This document shows, in pieces, positions 50,298-60,460 of a DNA stretch of 64,000 nucleotides (positions are counted from its first letter, which is position 1; every line of letters starts with the position of its first letter). The DNA is from a virus. A program made the position numbers and the translations under genes. The stretch is from positions 58,968 through 122,967 of the IMG/VR virus record IMGVR_UViG_3300029822_000001. One strand, 5' to 3'. The notes below the pieces were generated by a model. That model did no database searches. It worked only from the letters and a program-made list of their open reading frames with translations, and was not told the DNA's origin.

Positions 50298-53200
50298 TTA
50301 TTTGTAGCTATTTGAATAGTAATTAAGTAGACTCTGACGGTCTTTTTGTTTCATACTACTTAATAATGTCTTAATTTTTGATACTAACTCATCATCCGTC
50401 TTATTAGCCCCATTAATAACAACACTATTGTTAGGAGAATAATGCCCTATAGAAACTCCTGATGAAGCACCTGATGATTGTTCAGGTGAAGATACCATTT
50501 TCTTACCATAAGTACCTGCCAGGACGTTAAGCATATTTTCGGTATCCCCTTGATGCCCTGCACCTAATGGTACCGCAGCTTCTAACCCATCTTCACCAAC
50601 AACATTGTTACCACCAACATCTGTAGCAGTACTATAAACACCACCAGTAGCATGTTTCTTGTACTTGTTCCAGTATGTTTTCATAAGAGCAGCATACTGT
50701 GATTCAGGAGCTGTATAATATCTGAGCTTTTTAAGCTGTGCTGCGGCACCAGATACACTGTGTATCCCTTTAAGAGACTTGTCTGTTTTTCCATATTGGT
50801 ACTTGGCTTCATAATTAGCAAAATCCTGTAAAGAGTCAAAATGAACATAATTTCCTTTTTCTCCAGGCCCTCTTCTCTCACCTACTGATGTTCCTTTAAT
50901 GCCTTTAAAACCAGGGTTCCAGGTTATTCCAGCTAAATTATTATCTTTCTTGGCAACAGGACTAGTTCCGCCAGCAGATTCTAACATTAGTTGAGAGTAA
51001 ATTATTCTAGGGTCTATACCAGTAGCTTTACCAATTTTAGTAGCCATATCATTGATGCTTCCTGATATCTTCCCTACTTTTCCAGTGCCAGAGCCACCAG
51101 AGCCACTTCCCCCAGACTTTCCTGAACCACTGCCAGCCTTAATTGACTTAGCTGCGGCAACAACCTTCATAGCCTTATCCAACATGTCATTAAATCCTTT
51201 TAATAGGGTCATGGCACTCTGGAACAGGGACTTAGGCTTATTGTTATTATCATTGGAACCGATACCTAAAATAGAACTCTTAGATACATTATATCCTTTT
51301 TTACGGGCCTTTTTAATGTACTCTTGATTTTGCTTTTTGGCTTTGCTTCCTTGCTGATGGAACCAATGTCCAACATTGTACACTCCTGCACCTAGCTTTT
51401 CACCAGCCCATCCACCAGCAACAGCTCCTATAGGACCTCCAAATATACCACCAGCAATTGTACCAGCGATACCCCCAACACCTCTTGAAGCACCCTTAAG
51501 GTGATTTTTATCAGTAACTGCATCTGAAGCGTATCCGGCAATAGCTAGAGGAGTTGCAATCTTACCAAGTACTTTTGAAGCTCCTCCAGCTAGTTTAGAA
51601 ACTCCTCCAAACATCTTGCTACCCTTAGCAGCACTACCCGCAGTCTTCATTCCCTGCATGATAGTACTTCCCTTAAATAGGTCAGACGCTTTTGATGCAT
51701 ACTGTCCAAACTTAGAGCCTTTAACAATATCCCCAAATCCAGATAGTATACTTTTGCCTTTTCCTAATCCGCTCATTACACGGCTACCTGCTTTGGTACC
51801 TTTAAACCAATCAGCAGCACTAGACATAGCACTACCAAGCTTAGTACCCTTTAGTAGTTTAGAAATACCAGATATTCCACCAGCTCCCTTACCAAGTAGT
51901 TTAGCCGTAAGAAAAGTACCAATACCGTTCTTTAAGAAAGCACCTGCAAAACCACCAACAGCACCAGCAGTACCCCAAGCTAGTGCTGGAAGAACCTTAC
52001 CAACCGCATTACCTCCACGACGAGCACCATCGCCTGCATTACTCATAGCAATTTTACCCCGTTGGTCAATAGAAATTCTTAAGTCAATAGTAGAATTACC
52101 TTGAGTACTGTATTGACGACGAATATGTTGGTTTCTGTTTTTACCAGTTTTCCTATCACGATTACGTTGCCGTTCAATATTAGACTTATTTAGCTGACCT
52201 TTTTGTTCCATATTAACATAATTAAGTGCCTGTTTGTAAGATAGCTTACCTCCAGACAACTGAGATAAGTTTGCCGCAGCAGCTTGTTTATCTCCACCAA
52301 AGTTATTAAGGTCATTCTTAATCATACTTCCTAATTTCCAAGGATGACTAGTAGCTTGAGTCATATCCCGGTACAATAAAGCAGAACCATGTACCCCAGC
52401 ATACTTAGGGTTATTTCCCCCAAATAGCATCCGTGATACAGGATTATTAAATCCTTGAGTAGCAATACTAGATAGCCCTGTATATGCAGAACCACCAGCA
52501 GCACCTTGCATAGTAGAACCATACTTAGCCTGCATACCTTGTACCGCAGCTAGGTCTCCAGCTTGTTTAGTAGTTACTCCATTGTTAACCTGACTGTTAA
52601 TAATACTGCTTAAAGCTTGTGCTTGCTGAGGAGACTTACCTGCCATACGTGACGAGTACACTTCTCCGGCAATTGTATTACTTAAATCAGCAGTATTACG
52701 ACCATTACTGATAGCTCCAGAGGTACCCAAAGCACTAATCAACGCATTAGCCTGACTAGTACCCATTCCAGTAAAACGAGCTAACTTACTTGTACTATTA
52801 GCCGCAGATACTCCCGCTGAAGTATTAGTATTGCCCGTAGCATTCGTAAAGTTTCCAGCAAACTGTGCCATCTGTGTACCTGTATAGTCAGTACCATTAT
52901 TAATTCCTTTATTAGATAACTGACTGAGATATCTTACATCTGAACGATGTGCTATATCTCCGGTACCATTAGCAATACTACCTAAGGTATCTGCATTGAC
53001 ACTGTTCTCTGCTTCCATACGGGACTGGTTTCCAGATTGAGAAGCACTTCTCAATCCGCTAATTGCCGTTGCAGTAGCACCAATTACTGTAGAAGGCATT
53101 CTCCGTTGCATCATACCCATAAATGAATTAGGGTCATATCCTACTGAAGTATTTCCACTTTCAGTAGAGGTGTCATACCTAGCTTTAGCTGAATTTAAGT

Positions 53201-54098
53201 TTTGTCTTGACTTTTTTAGTGTATCATTAAAGGCTTTCAAATTAGCAATTGTTTGAGCTAACTCTTTGTCTTCTTGCTCTAGCTTAGTTAAACGGTCAGC
53301 CTCTGCTTGACCATCACCAGAAACCTTTCCCTGACTGATACTCTGACGTAACTGGTCCATTTCAGAACCAATGTCTTGCTTTCGTCCATTAGCCCCTTCT
53401 AATTGAGAGCGAACATTCTCTTGTTGAGAAGTAATTCCTCCTAGAGCACTATTGTACTGCCCATTAAGCTCCTGATTTCGGTTATAAGTTACTTTACCTC
53501 GACTAATTGCAGTATCTACAGAGTCTGAATAATGTGTCGCAGAACGTGAGTAGTGATTAACACCCCTTCGCATCCCACGCTGTTCTTCTTGGACTTTCTT
53601 TTTATCATCAGCCTGTGCATATCGGTCTTCACGACTAGTCCCTTCTAAAAATATCTTACTTGGACGAACATGCATCCCGGATAAGTTTTGGTACATTTGA
53701 CCATATTCACCAACAGGAGACACTCTTCCACTACTACTTATGCCACTAGCATTAGCCTGACTGATACTACTGTGAAGCAAGTCAATTATTTGTTTAAGCT
53801 GATTTAAGTCTGACGGACTTAATGCCCCAGATTCTCTAGCAGAACTATAGGCTCCTTCCAACTGACGAGATTGACTAGATACCTCTTTAGCTGCTTCAGA
53901 AGCAGAACCAGCCCCTCTGATAACCTGTGAGCTTTGACGGGAAGTCAAGGTGTTATGGTTATTAACACCTGCCTTGTTTACTTTATCTACTGTATCGTAT
54001 AAGTCATTTATCTTCTTTTGAAGCTTATCGACATTTTCAATTGCCCGAGTTGTCTCAGCAGAGAAATTAAGTTTGACATCTTTTTCGTCATCTGCCAC
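50298..54098 (-). CDS. tape measure protein with C-terminal glucosaminidase (GH73-like)
   Basis: Long Ala/Gly-rich helical protein; QLMLES...NNLAGI...YYTA; HATGG...VGEDGLEAAVPL. Confidence 0.85.
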   Translation of the reverse strand: MADDEKDVKLNFSAETTRAIENVDKLQKKINDLYDTVDKVNKAGVNNHNTLTSRQSSQVIRGAGSASEAAKEVSSQSRQLEGAYSSARESGALSPSDLNQLKQIIDLLHSSISQANASGISSSGRVSPVGEYGQMYQNLSGMHVRPSKIFLEGTSREDRYAQADDKKKVQEEQRGMRRGVNHYSRSATHYSDSVDTAISRGKVTYNRNQELNGQYNSALGGITSQQENVRSQLEGANGRKQDIGSEMDQLRQSISQGKVSGDGQAEADRLTKLEQEDKELAQTIANLKAFNDTLKKSRQNLNSAKARYDTSTESGNTSVGYDPNSFMGMMQRRMPSTVIGATATAISGLRSASQSGNQSRMEAENSVNADTLGSIANGTGDIAHRSDVRYLSQLSNKGINNGTDYTGTQMAQFAGNFTNATGNTNTSAGVSAANSTSKLARFTGMGTSQANALISALGTSGAISNGRNTADLSNTIAGEVYSSRMAGKSPQQAQALSSIINSQVNNGVTTKQAGDLAAVQGMQAKYGSTMQGAAGGSAYTGLSSIATQGFNNPVSRMLFGGNNPKYAGVHGSALLYRDMTQATSHPWKLGSMIKNDLNNFGGDKQAAAANLSQLSGGKLSYKQALNYVNMEQKGQLNKSNIERQRNRDRKTGKNRNQHIRRQYSTQGNSTIDLRISIDQRGKIAMSNAGDGARRGGNAVGKVLPALAWGTAGAVGGFAGAFLKNGIGTFLTAKLLGKGAGGISGISKLLKGTKLGSAMSSAADWFKGTKAGSRVMSGLGKGKSILSGFGDIVKGSKFGQYASKASDLFKGSTIMQGMKTAGSAAKGSKMFGGVSKLAGGASKVLGKIATPLAIAGYASDAVTDKNHLKGASRGVGGIAGTIAGGIFGGPIGAVAGGWAGEKLGAGVYNVGHWFHQQGSKAKKQNQEYIKKARKKGYNVSKSSILGIGSNDNNNKPKSLFQSAMTLLKGFNDMLDKAMKVVAAAKSIKAGSGSGKSGGSGSGGSGTGKVGKISGSINDMATKIGKATGIDPRIIYSQLMLESAGGTSPVAKKDNNLAGITWNPGFKGIKGTSVGERRGPGEKGNYVHFDSLQDFANYEAKYQYGKTDKSLKGIHSVSGAAAQLKKLRYYTAPESQYAALMKTYWNKYKKHATGGVYSTATDVGGNNVVGEDGLEAAVPLGAGHQGDTENMLNVLAGTYGKKMVSSPEQSSGASSGVSIGHYSPNNSVVINGANKTDDELVSKIKTLLSSMKQKDRQSLLNYYSNSYK

Positions 54099-54118
54099 TT
54101 GTTTATCACCTACCTTAT

Positions 54119-54646
54119 CTACTTGTTAAAATACTTCTCTATTTTTTCTTGACGTTCTTTTTCTTTACGGCGCTTTTCTTCTTCCATGCTACTCTTACTA
54201 TCTTTGTTCTTAATACGACGGTCGTACTCTTTATCAATAATATGCTGTTCTCGTTGAAGTATCTTAGCAACATTTTCATTGCCAGACTCTTGCTCAATCC
54301 AGCTCTTAATATCATCAGAGTCCTGTAGAGAGTTTACAAATTCAGCATTAGAAGACTGCATAACATCTTTTTCATAACTTTCACTATCATCCTGGATATC
54401 AGCAGTAATTTCCTTACCTTCTGCTGCAGCTTTTTGTTCCTTAAAGTCTAGTTCCATGTTTTGGATTACCCATTCCCGTTGAGCGACAGTTAACTTTTGT
54501 ATATGCTCATCATTAGGTAGTAACCCAAACTTGTCACATATTCTCCAAGTATTCCTAGAAGGAATGCTTCTAATTAGTCTTCGCATTCCCCCTGCTAAAT
54601 CTACTTGGATTGGTAAAAACGGATTACTGCGTTTGCTTCTCACGAA
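54119..54646 (-). CDS. tail assembly chaperone, downstream (+1 frame) part
   Basis: Overlaps upstream ORF in +1 frame, no evident RBS; W.I...F..LPND. Confidence 0.7.
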   Translation of the reverse strand, partial: FVRSKRSNPFLPIQVDLAGGMRRLIRSIPSRNTWRICDKFGLLPNDEHIQKLTVAQREWVIQNMELDFKEQKAAAEGKEITADIQDDSESYEKDVMQSSNAEFVNSLQDSDDIKSWIEQESGNENVAKILQREQHIIDKEYDRRIKNKDSKSSMEEEKRRKEKERQEKIEKYFNK

Positions 54647-55235
54647 AGGAGTTGGCCCAGGCCAAGTACTCCTCATATACATATAGTAGAATATCTACAC
54701 GTGAATTTTCTTCAGGGTTCTTTAACCAAGACGGAATTTGTTCAGCTAGTACCCTAAAAGTTGCATAAGCACGTTGAATCTCTAAGTCGTCATCCGTTAA
54801 CCACTTTGCCTGTCCATTGGTTAAAGCAACTAATTCCCCAGCAATTTTACCCTGAGCATCTCCATACCCAAACTTAATAACTACCTTAAAGTTAATTGCC
54901 TCTGGGTTGTCACCAGCAGGAAAAGTATAATTTTTAATGAATTTAGTATGGTCGTTATCGTTTAGAATACTAGTAACAGCTGTCTGCTGCTTCTGAAACT
55001 TTTCTCCATCTTGTTCTGCTTTAAGATGGTCATTTTCATCTGCCAACATGTTGTTAGTACTTCTTAAATCATTTACTTCACTCTGCATATCAGCTAATTG
55101 TTTCATGATAGCTTCTGCATCAATAGTTGTTTCATTTGAAGACTTACCAGATTCTTTACTTGAATCTACACTATTTTGTTCAGCCTGGTGACGCTTTTTT
55201 AGTTCTTCAATTACTTGCTTATTATCTGTAGCCAT
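54624..55235 (-). CDS. tail assembly chaperone
   Basis: Between tube and tape measure; ATG 55235 with AAAGGAG; ends W..SFR. Confidence 0.75.
   Translation of the reverse strand: MATDNKQVIEELKKRHQAEQNSVDSSKESGKSSNETTIDAEAIMKQLADMQSEVNDLRSTNNMLADENDHLKAEQDGEKFQKQQTAVTSILNDNDHTKFIKNYTFPAGDNPEAINFKVVIKFGYGDAQGKIAGELVALTNGQAKWLTDDDLEIQRAYATFRVLAEQIPSWLKNPEENSRVDILLYVYEEYLAWANSFREKQTQ
54642..54650 (-). promoter_or_regulatory. candidate +1 programmed frameshift site UCC UUU CGU
   Basis: In-frame TCC TTT CGT inside the ORF overlap. Confidence 0.7.
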
Positions 55236-55316
55236 TATTAAGTCTCCTTTTTGTGTTATATCTTTATTATACCACGTTTTCTCACCTAATATAGAGTTAC
55301 TAGTTATATGTACCAC

Positions 55317-55342
55317 AAAAAAGCCCCTATCACTAGGGACTT
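55317..55342 (-). terminator. intrinsic terminator after tail tube gene
   Basis: AAGTCCCTAG/TAGGGGCTTTTTT. Confidence 0.65.
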
Positions 55343-55355
55343 AATTGTAGTAAAA

Positions 55356-55814
55356 TTATAATGGGTTAGCTTCCGATATGTTAGCATCTTGACTGGAAGT
55401 ATTAGCGTACAAGTAGTACATCCGTAAATTTTCACCAGTAATTTCATTGGCCCGATAGTTTTCAGTGTAGGTATCTGCTGAACAACCATGATAGGCCATT
55501 GTTAACTTATTCGTTTGCTTATTTGTAACAAAGATGTCTAAGATGTCCATTTGAAGAATATCTGCACCAAAAGCAGCTAACTTTAAGCCAGAGAAATTCT
55601 TACCAATAGCCATACGATAACGTTCAAGAGTTACAGTACCTGTATACTTAAGAAATACATGTTCTTGTGGCATAATGCTATCTAATTCATATACCCCTTG
55701 AGTACCAAAGTCACGTTCACCCGTTAGTGATTGACACCGGCCAATCTTACGGGAAGCAACGCCAATAGTAATCATATTACCAGATTCAACTGTTTGTTTA
55801 TCAATACTAGCCAT
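55356..55814 (-). CDS. tail tube protein
   Basis: QTV.SGN, R.FGT.GVYE..SIMPQEHV.L.Y.G. Confidence 0.9.
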   Translation of the reverse strand: MASIDKQTVESGNMITIGVASRKIGRCQSLTGERDFGTQGVYELDSIMPQEHVFLKYTGTVTLERYRMAIGKNFSGLKLAAFGADILQMDILDIFVTNKQTNKLTMAYHGCSADTYTENYRANEITGENLRMYYLYANTSSQDANISEANPL

Positions 55815-55817
55815 TTA

Positions 55818-57692
55818 CTATCCCTCCTCACTTGATGTAGTTGATACATTATTGGAGGTAGTGGCACTGTACCGATTGTATGTCCCATATACCACTATGT
55901 TATCAATAGTTTGACTAGGGTCAACGGTAAATACAATGTAAACATTATCTCCATCGACACTAACAATAATACTATTTCGGTCATATGTTACAATTAGACC
56001 AGTTGTAATTTGAGTGTCTAAGAAGGATGCGACACCTTCCTTAATTACATCATCAGTAGCTGTTGAAATATTAGCGCCAATATAAGTGGTCTCTAAGTAG
56101 TGACGTAAGTCATCAAATAAGAAGTCTTTAATTTCACCTAAAGAAATTCTCGTTTCATCTAATCGGTCATCTTCATTACTTGTATAAGTAGTGACATCTT
56201 GTACAAACCGATATTGAGCTTCTCCACCACGCCAAGCTACTCGTTCAATGCCAATAACACCATTAATGTTTAAACGGTCTAACTCGTCTTCAGAAAATAC
56301 TTGGTCTAAGTTGTCCAAAGAAATGTACTTGTTGGTTAATGCACCACCAATTTGAAGACTTGATTGTACCCCTGCTGCATAAGCGGCCATTAAATATCCT
56401 GGAATATGAACCGATACACCTTCAATGTTAGTGTAGTAGCCACTGTTAGCAATTAATCCAATTCGTTCACTGCGAAGAGCAACTTCACGAGAAATAGCTT
56501 CGTCAGCGGATTCATTGAATCCCCCACCAACAAAGGAACGATAATGATAGCCATTCATTGATTGTTCATACAAGAATTCCTTTAGCTCTGCATGAACATT
56601 CTGAGCAGCAGTTAATGGTACAATATAATAAGCACCAGAACCTATTACATCTTGGAACTTATCTGCCCAGGATACTGGAACAGACCCATTAGTACCACCA
56701 GTCAATCCCTGGTTAACAAAGCTTGCAGGGAAAGGCTTACTTGCATCAGTAGATACAGTTACATACGTATCGTATTGAAGAGTATTTTGAATATCCGCTA
56801 AATTAGCAGTTACAGTTAATCCATCTGAAGGAATACTAATAGGTGCTACGGAATCTAAAGCTGTTGCTGGCAAACTAGTATTACCCGTGACTACTACTGT
56901 AAATCCAGGTATCAATGATAAGTCTTCCAAAATGTTGTATACATATGGGTAAGCTCCACTATTAATGTTATATACCTTAACAGGTACATATGCAGTTCCA
57001 CCAATAGTTGTCACATTAGCATCTGTATTACCAGATAACGTAACCGTTGCTGTTGTACTTGTAGTAGATACACCATCCACTGTTGGAACTGCTGAACTTG
57101 CACTTTCGTATATTGTTAAAGTAGAAGCTGTACCATCTGTATTTTTATCAATGGAAATAGCTGCAGAACTCTTGCCGATACCATCAGAGTACTTAACAGA
57201 GAAAATCTGTCCTAGTCCATCATATAATCGGTCGTAACCTTCTTTAGGCTGAGATACCTCAATCCGGTATGCACCAGAAATTGGATTCTTATCTAAAGTA
57301 AGGTACACATTGTTAGCAACATCACCATAAGCGGTACTAGTAAAAGTCAAAGCTCCTTGACTTAATGATGCTTGAGTAGCTGTATCAACTCGAAGTCCAT
57401 ATACTGCTCCACCATTTTGGAATGATGCATTTTCAGGGTTCCAAGCTAATTCTGCTGCTTCAACCAATTCACCAGAACCATACCATTGCTTAGCCTCTAA
57501 TAGAGAATTCATCTTATGGATGACATTAGGATTACCATTAGTTGCTGAACCAATTAATGCAATCGGCTTACTTGAGTCGGAAGATTGATTGGACAGCGCG
57601 TCTGGATTATAACTAACTGTTACATGTGGACGGTTGGTGTTATATTGAGGGAATAACCGCTGGAAATCCCCAGAAACGATATTTGCGCTCAT
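55818..57692 (-). CDS. tail sheath protein
   Basis: RPHV, IGSA..G.P, GSGEL..A...AW.P, YYIVPLT, VQDVTTY. Confidence 0.92.
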   Translation of the reverse strand: MSANIVSGDFQRLFPQYNTNRPHVTVSYNPDALSNQSSDSSKPIALIGSATNGNPNVIHKMNSLLEAKQWYGSGELVEAAELAWNPENASFQNGGAVYGLRVDTATQASLSQGALTFTSTAYGDVANNVYLTLDKNPISGAYRIEVSQPKEGYDRLYDGLGQIFSVKYSDGIGKSSAAISIDKNTDGTASTLTIYESASSAVPTVDGVSTTSTTATVTLSGNTDANVTTIGGTAYVPVKVYNINSGAYPYVYNILEDLSLIPGFTVVVTGNTSLPATALDSVAPISIPSDGLTVTANLADIQNTLQYDTYVTVSTDASKPFPASFVNQGLTGGTNGSVPVSWADKFQDVIGSGAYYIVPLTAAQNVHAELKEFLYEQSMNGYHYRSFVGGGFNESADEAISREVALRSERIGLIANSGYYTNIEGVSVHIPGYLMAAYAAGVQSSLQIGGALTNKYISLDNLDQVFSEDELDRLNINGVIGIERVAWRGGEAQYRFVQDVTTYTSNEDDRLDETRISLGEIKDFLFDDLRHYLETTYIGANISTATDDVIKEGVASFLDTQITTGLIVTYDRNSIIVSVDGDNVYIVFTVDPSQTIDNIVVYGTYNRYSATTSNNVSTTSSEEG

Positions 57693-57755
57693 TTATTTAT
57701 CTGCTACATTTTATCCCCTAGCTGACTATTTAAGTAGCAGATATGCCTTCTTTCT
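57693..57755 (-). promoter_or_regulatory. sheath 5' leader: SD separated from ATG by a 10-bp-stem hairpin
   Basis: AGAAAGAAGG-CA-[TATCTGCTAC...GTAGCAGATA]-AATAA-ATG. Confidence 0.55.
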
Positions 57756-57774
57756 ATCTTAGCCTTCAACTAGG

Positions 57775-57966
57775 TTACATACTTGCTGAAAGATATTTGT
57801 CTAACTCAGCAATAAAAACTTTCTCATCACGTACATAGTACATACCTTTGTTCTTCATGTACTGTTCAAAACCTTTTGCTTGTACCGTACTTGTACCTCT
57901 ATATTTAGGAGTACTTAAGGCACTTTTCATAAAAGTACTTGCTGAGTGTAACTGCTTACCTGCCAT
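57775..57966 (-). CDS. small conserved protein before sheath
   Basis: AAGGGGA RBS; GF..YM...YY...F...L.KYL. Confidence 0.65.
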   Translation of the reverse strand: MAGKQLHSASTFMKSALSTPKYRGTSTVQAKGFEQYMKNKGMYYVRDEKVFIAELDKYLSASM

Positions 57967-57980
57967 ATGACTTGTCCCCT

Positions 57981-58871
57981 TTACTTGTACCTAATTGTAC
58001 CATTATTATTAATTTTACTAATAACAGCACCCGCATCAACGTCCACTGACTGTGTTACTTTATAGGCAATTTCTGCTCGTCTATAATATAACTGCTGTCC
58101 AGAAGTAGAGTTAGTTGGACTAGTTATCTCTTCAATTAGGTCAGAACCATTAAACGTAATGTGTGGTAAAATTATATTGGAGTTCTCTGATAATGAGCTT
58201 CTCATACGAATAAATATTGCTTGCATTAAGCTGGTTAAACACCTAAGTATCCCTTGATTACTAGAAACAATGTCTAACGTATAGGTACCAACTAAATTAA
58301 TACCTAATCGACTAGTGTGCTTGTAAGCAGCCTTATTTCCTCCTGTAAGCTCTCTTACTGGATTGTATATAACAGTTACAGTGTGACTACCAGGAAGCGT
58401 ATATGGGGGTATTTTTGGAAGATTAACCCTATTATTCTTAAAACTATATCCGCTAGATAAATACATTACAGATAACAAAGATACAATTGAATTACTTGTT
58501 GTTACATAAGGGTTACCTTGATTATCCAGAAATACCTCTAATTTTTCCTTTAAAGTATCACCTTCAGCGTATTCTCCATAACTCGCTTCGTCCATACCAA
58601 TAGAACCACTCTCGTCGTCTTCATCTGAACCCTTAAACTGTAAGAGAATAAAAGTTCCATTTTCTTTAACGTTGGGAAAAGTAAATACCACTGGTAAAGG
58701 TACTCCTCTATTACTTTTATCCGTACAAAAAGTAGTACAAAATTTATCAACAACTTCTGAAGGTAATTCCCCCAAAATATCATTTTTAACTAAAGTACTA
58801 TTACTTAGTATTGAAGATAAATTGTCACTTATCGTTTTCTCTAGGTAGTACTCTATGTTAACAATTGGCAA
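57981..58871 (-). CDS. neck/tail-terminator-like protein
   Basis: Synteny; V.FTFP, LYYRR. Confidence 0.6.
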   Translation of the reverse strand: MPIVNIEYYLEKTISDNLSSILSNSTLVKNDILGELPSEVVDKFCTTFCTDKSNRGVPLPVVFTFPNVKENGTFILLQFKGSDEDDESGSIGMDEASYGEYAEGDTLKEKLEVFLDNQGNPYVTTSNSIVSLLSVMYLSSGYSFKNNRVNLPKIPPYTLPGSHTVTVIYNPVRELTGGNKAAYKHTSRLGINLVGTYTLDIVSSNQGILRCLTSLMQAIFIRMRSSLSENSNIILPHITFNGSDLIEEITSPTNSTSGQQLYYRRAEIAYKVTQSVDVDAGAVISKINNNGTIRYK

Positions 58872-58887
58872 TAGCTACTCCCTCTTT

Positions 58888-59547
58888 CTATACATGTTTC
58901 ATTGCATCAGTCAGCGCATTAACAATACTACTTCTTATCATATCAATGTTAGGAGAGTCCTCGCTAAATGCCTGTCTACCTACAATCCAAGAACGAGGGT
59001 CAGATTTATCAGATACGGTTCTAAAAGAAATGTAACTTCCGTATTTTCCAGAAGGGCCTTTTTGTATTCTAGTAACATTGGAAGACTTCCATTTATAATT
59101 AAGTTCTGGTATTGTCTGATTACCTTGATTACTCTGAGAACCAAATCCCTGCTCTAAATAGTTGTTTACTTCGTCGGATAACTGACTAGTACTTCCAAAA
59201 GGACTATGTGATACTGTATTCCACAAACTTCTAGGACTAGACGCTTTAAGGTCACTAGCCTTATTACCAATAGGAATGACCATGTACCAGCCACCATTTT
59301 TCTTACGTTTCCGCTTACTACTTTTAGCAAAGTATTGTTTCATATCAATGAACTTTATACCTTGTCTTCGAGCGTAAGCCTGCAAATAAGGCATTGTAAT
59401 CGTTACCTGATTATTGTCTGCTCTAATAGATAAAGAAGGCAATTTATCTTGAAGAGCATTTGCATAATTCTTAGCGTACTCTTTGGTATCCTTTTGTGTA
59501 TCTAAAGATTGCTGAAGAAACCTTTTTACATCTTCTCTATTATCCAT
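58888..59547 (-). CDS. neck/tail completion protein
   Basis: IDMK..F..S.K......GGWY.VIPI, Y.SFRTVSDKS...SWI. Confidence 0.65.
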   Translation of the reverse strand: MDNREDVKRFLQQSLDTQKDTKEYAKNYANALQDKLPSLSIRADNNQVTITMPYLQAYARRQGIKFIDMKQYFAKSSKRKRKKNGGWYMVIPIGNKASDLKASSPRSLWNTVSHSPFGSTSQLSDEVNNYLEQGFGSQSNQGNQTIPELNYKWKSSNVTRIQKGPSGKYGSYISFRTVSDKSDPRSWIVGRQAFSEDSPNIDMIRSSIVNALTDAMKHV

Positions 59548-60445
59548 TAGTATCACCAGCAAAGAAACTGTTATCTACCGTTATCTTGCTATCTTGTACC
59601 TGGTTAGGATTACTATTAGAACCCTCGGTAAAGTTATAGTCAGTAAAGAATAGGTCTTCACGACGAAGTACAAGTTGCTTAGGCATATGCCAAAGAATAC
59701 TACCAGAACCTTTAAGACCACTGTAGTCTGTACCATAAGCTGCAATGTACTTGTCAAGATTAATATTTCCATAAGCAGTAGCCGCTCTTTTTTCCTCCAT
59801 AGAAGACGTTAAAGCATACCTAGTTTCACGAATAATATTAGCTACATAAAAACGAGTAGCCACTGACAGTCTCATAGAGATACTTAGACCAATATAGTCA
59901 CTATTTAGTACTGTTAGAATACTAGAGGTACTATCATATTTATAATCAGTATCCTTCAAGTAAACTAACTTACCATCAGATAAAGTATAAACATCATCAA
60001 ATGAAGTTACCTTGTAAGGAATAAAAATTCCTTTATTATACCTCTCTGTAGTTAAATTAAAGATATATTGTTGGGAACGACTAACATCTGGAACAGTAAT
60101 TCTGTCACGAACACCAATACCATTTTCAATGGCATTCTCTGTCATCTGAGGAGTTGCGTATGTTGTACCTAATGAAGCTAACCCGTAGTTACCTGTATAT
60201 GCTCCTTGATTATCTGATGAGAAACCAAATGCTAAGGTATAAGGGTCTTTAAATATAATTCCTTGACCTTTACAGATTGGACAATTAGGGTCAGCATCAC
60301 CACTAGAATCCCGACATGGACAATAAATAGCTTGTTCCCATAAACAATCACGAGAGTTGACATCTAATGTCTTGTATATAGCAGAGATACTAACAGTTTT
60401 AAAGTGACTAGGATAATACCCTGAACGTAAATCCTTTCCTGCCAT
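59540..60445 (-). CDS. head-closure/connector protein
   Basis: WEQA..CPC......CP.C.G.G, RDRIT. Confidence 0.65.
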   Translation of the reverse strand: MAGKDLRSGYYPSHFKTVSISAIYKTLDVNSRDCLWEQAIYCPCRDSSGDADPNCPICKGQGIIFKDPYTLAFGFSSDNQGAYTGNYGLASLGTTYATPQMTENAIENGIGVRDRITVPDVSRSQQYIFNLTTERYNKGIFIPYKVTSFDDVYTLSDGKLVYLKDTDYKYDSTSSILTVLNSDYIGLSISMRLSVATRFYVANIIRETRYALTSSMEEKRAATAYGNINLDKYIAAYGTDYSGLKGSGSILWHMPKQLVLRREDLFFTDYNFTEGSNSNPNQVQDSKITVDNSFFAGDTNG

Positions 60446-60460
60446 ACTTAGTACCCCCCT

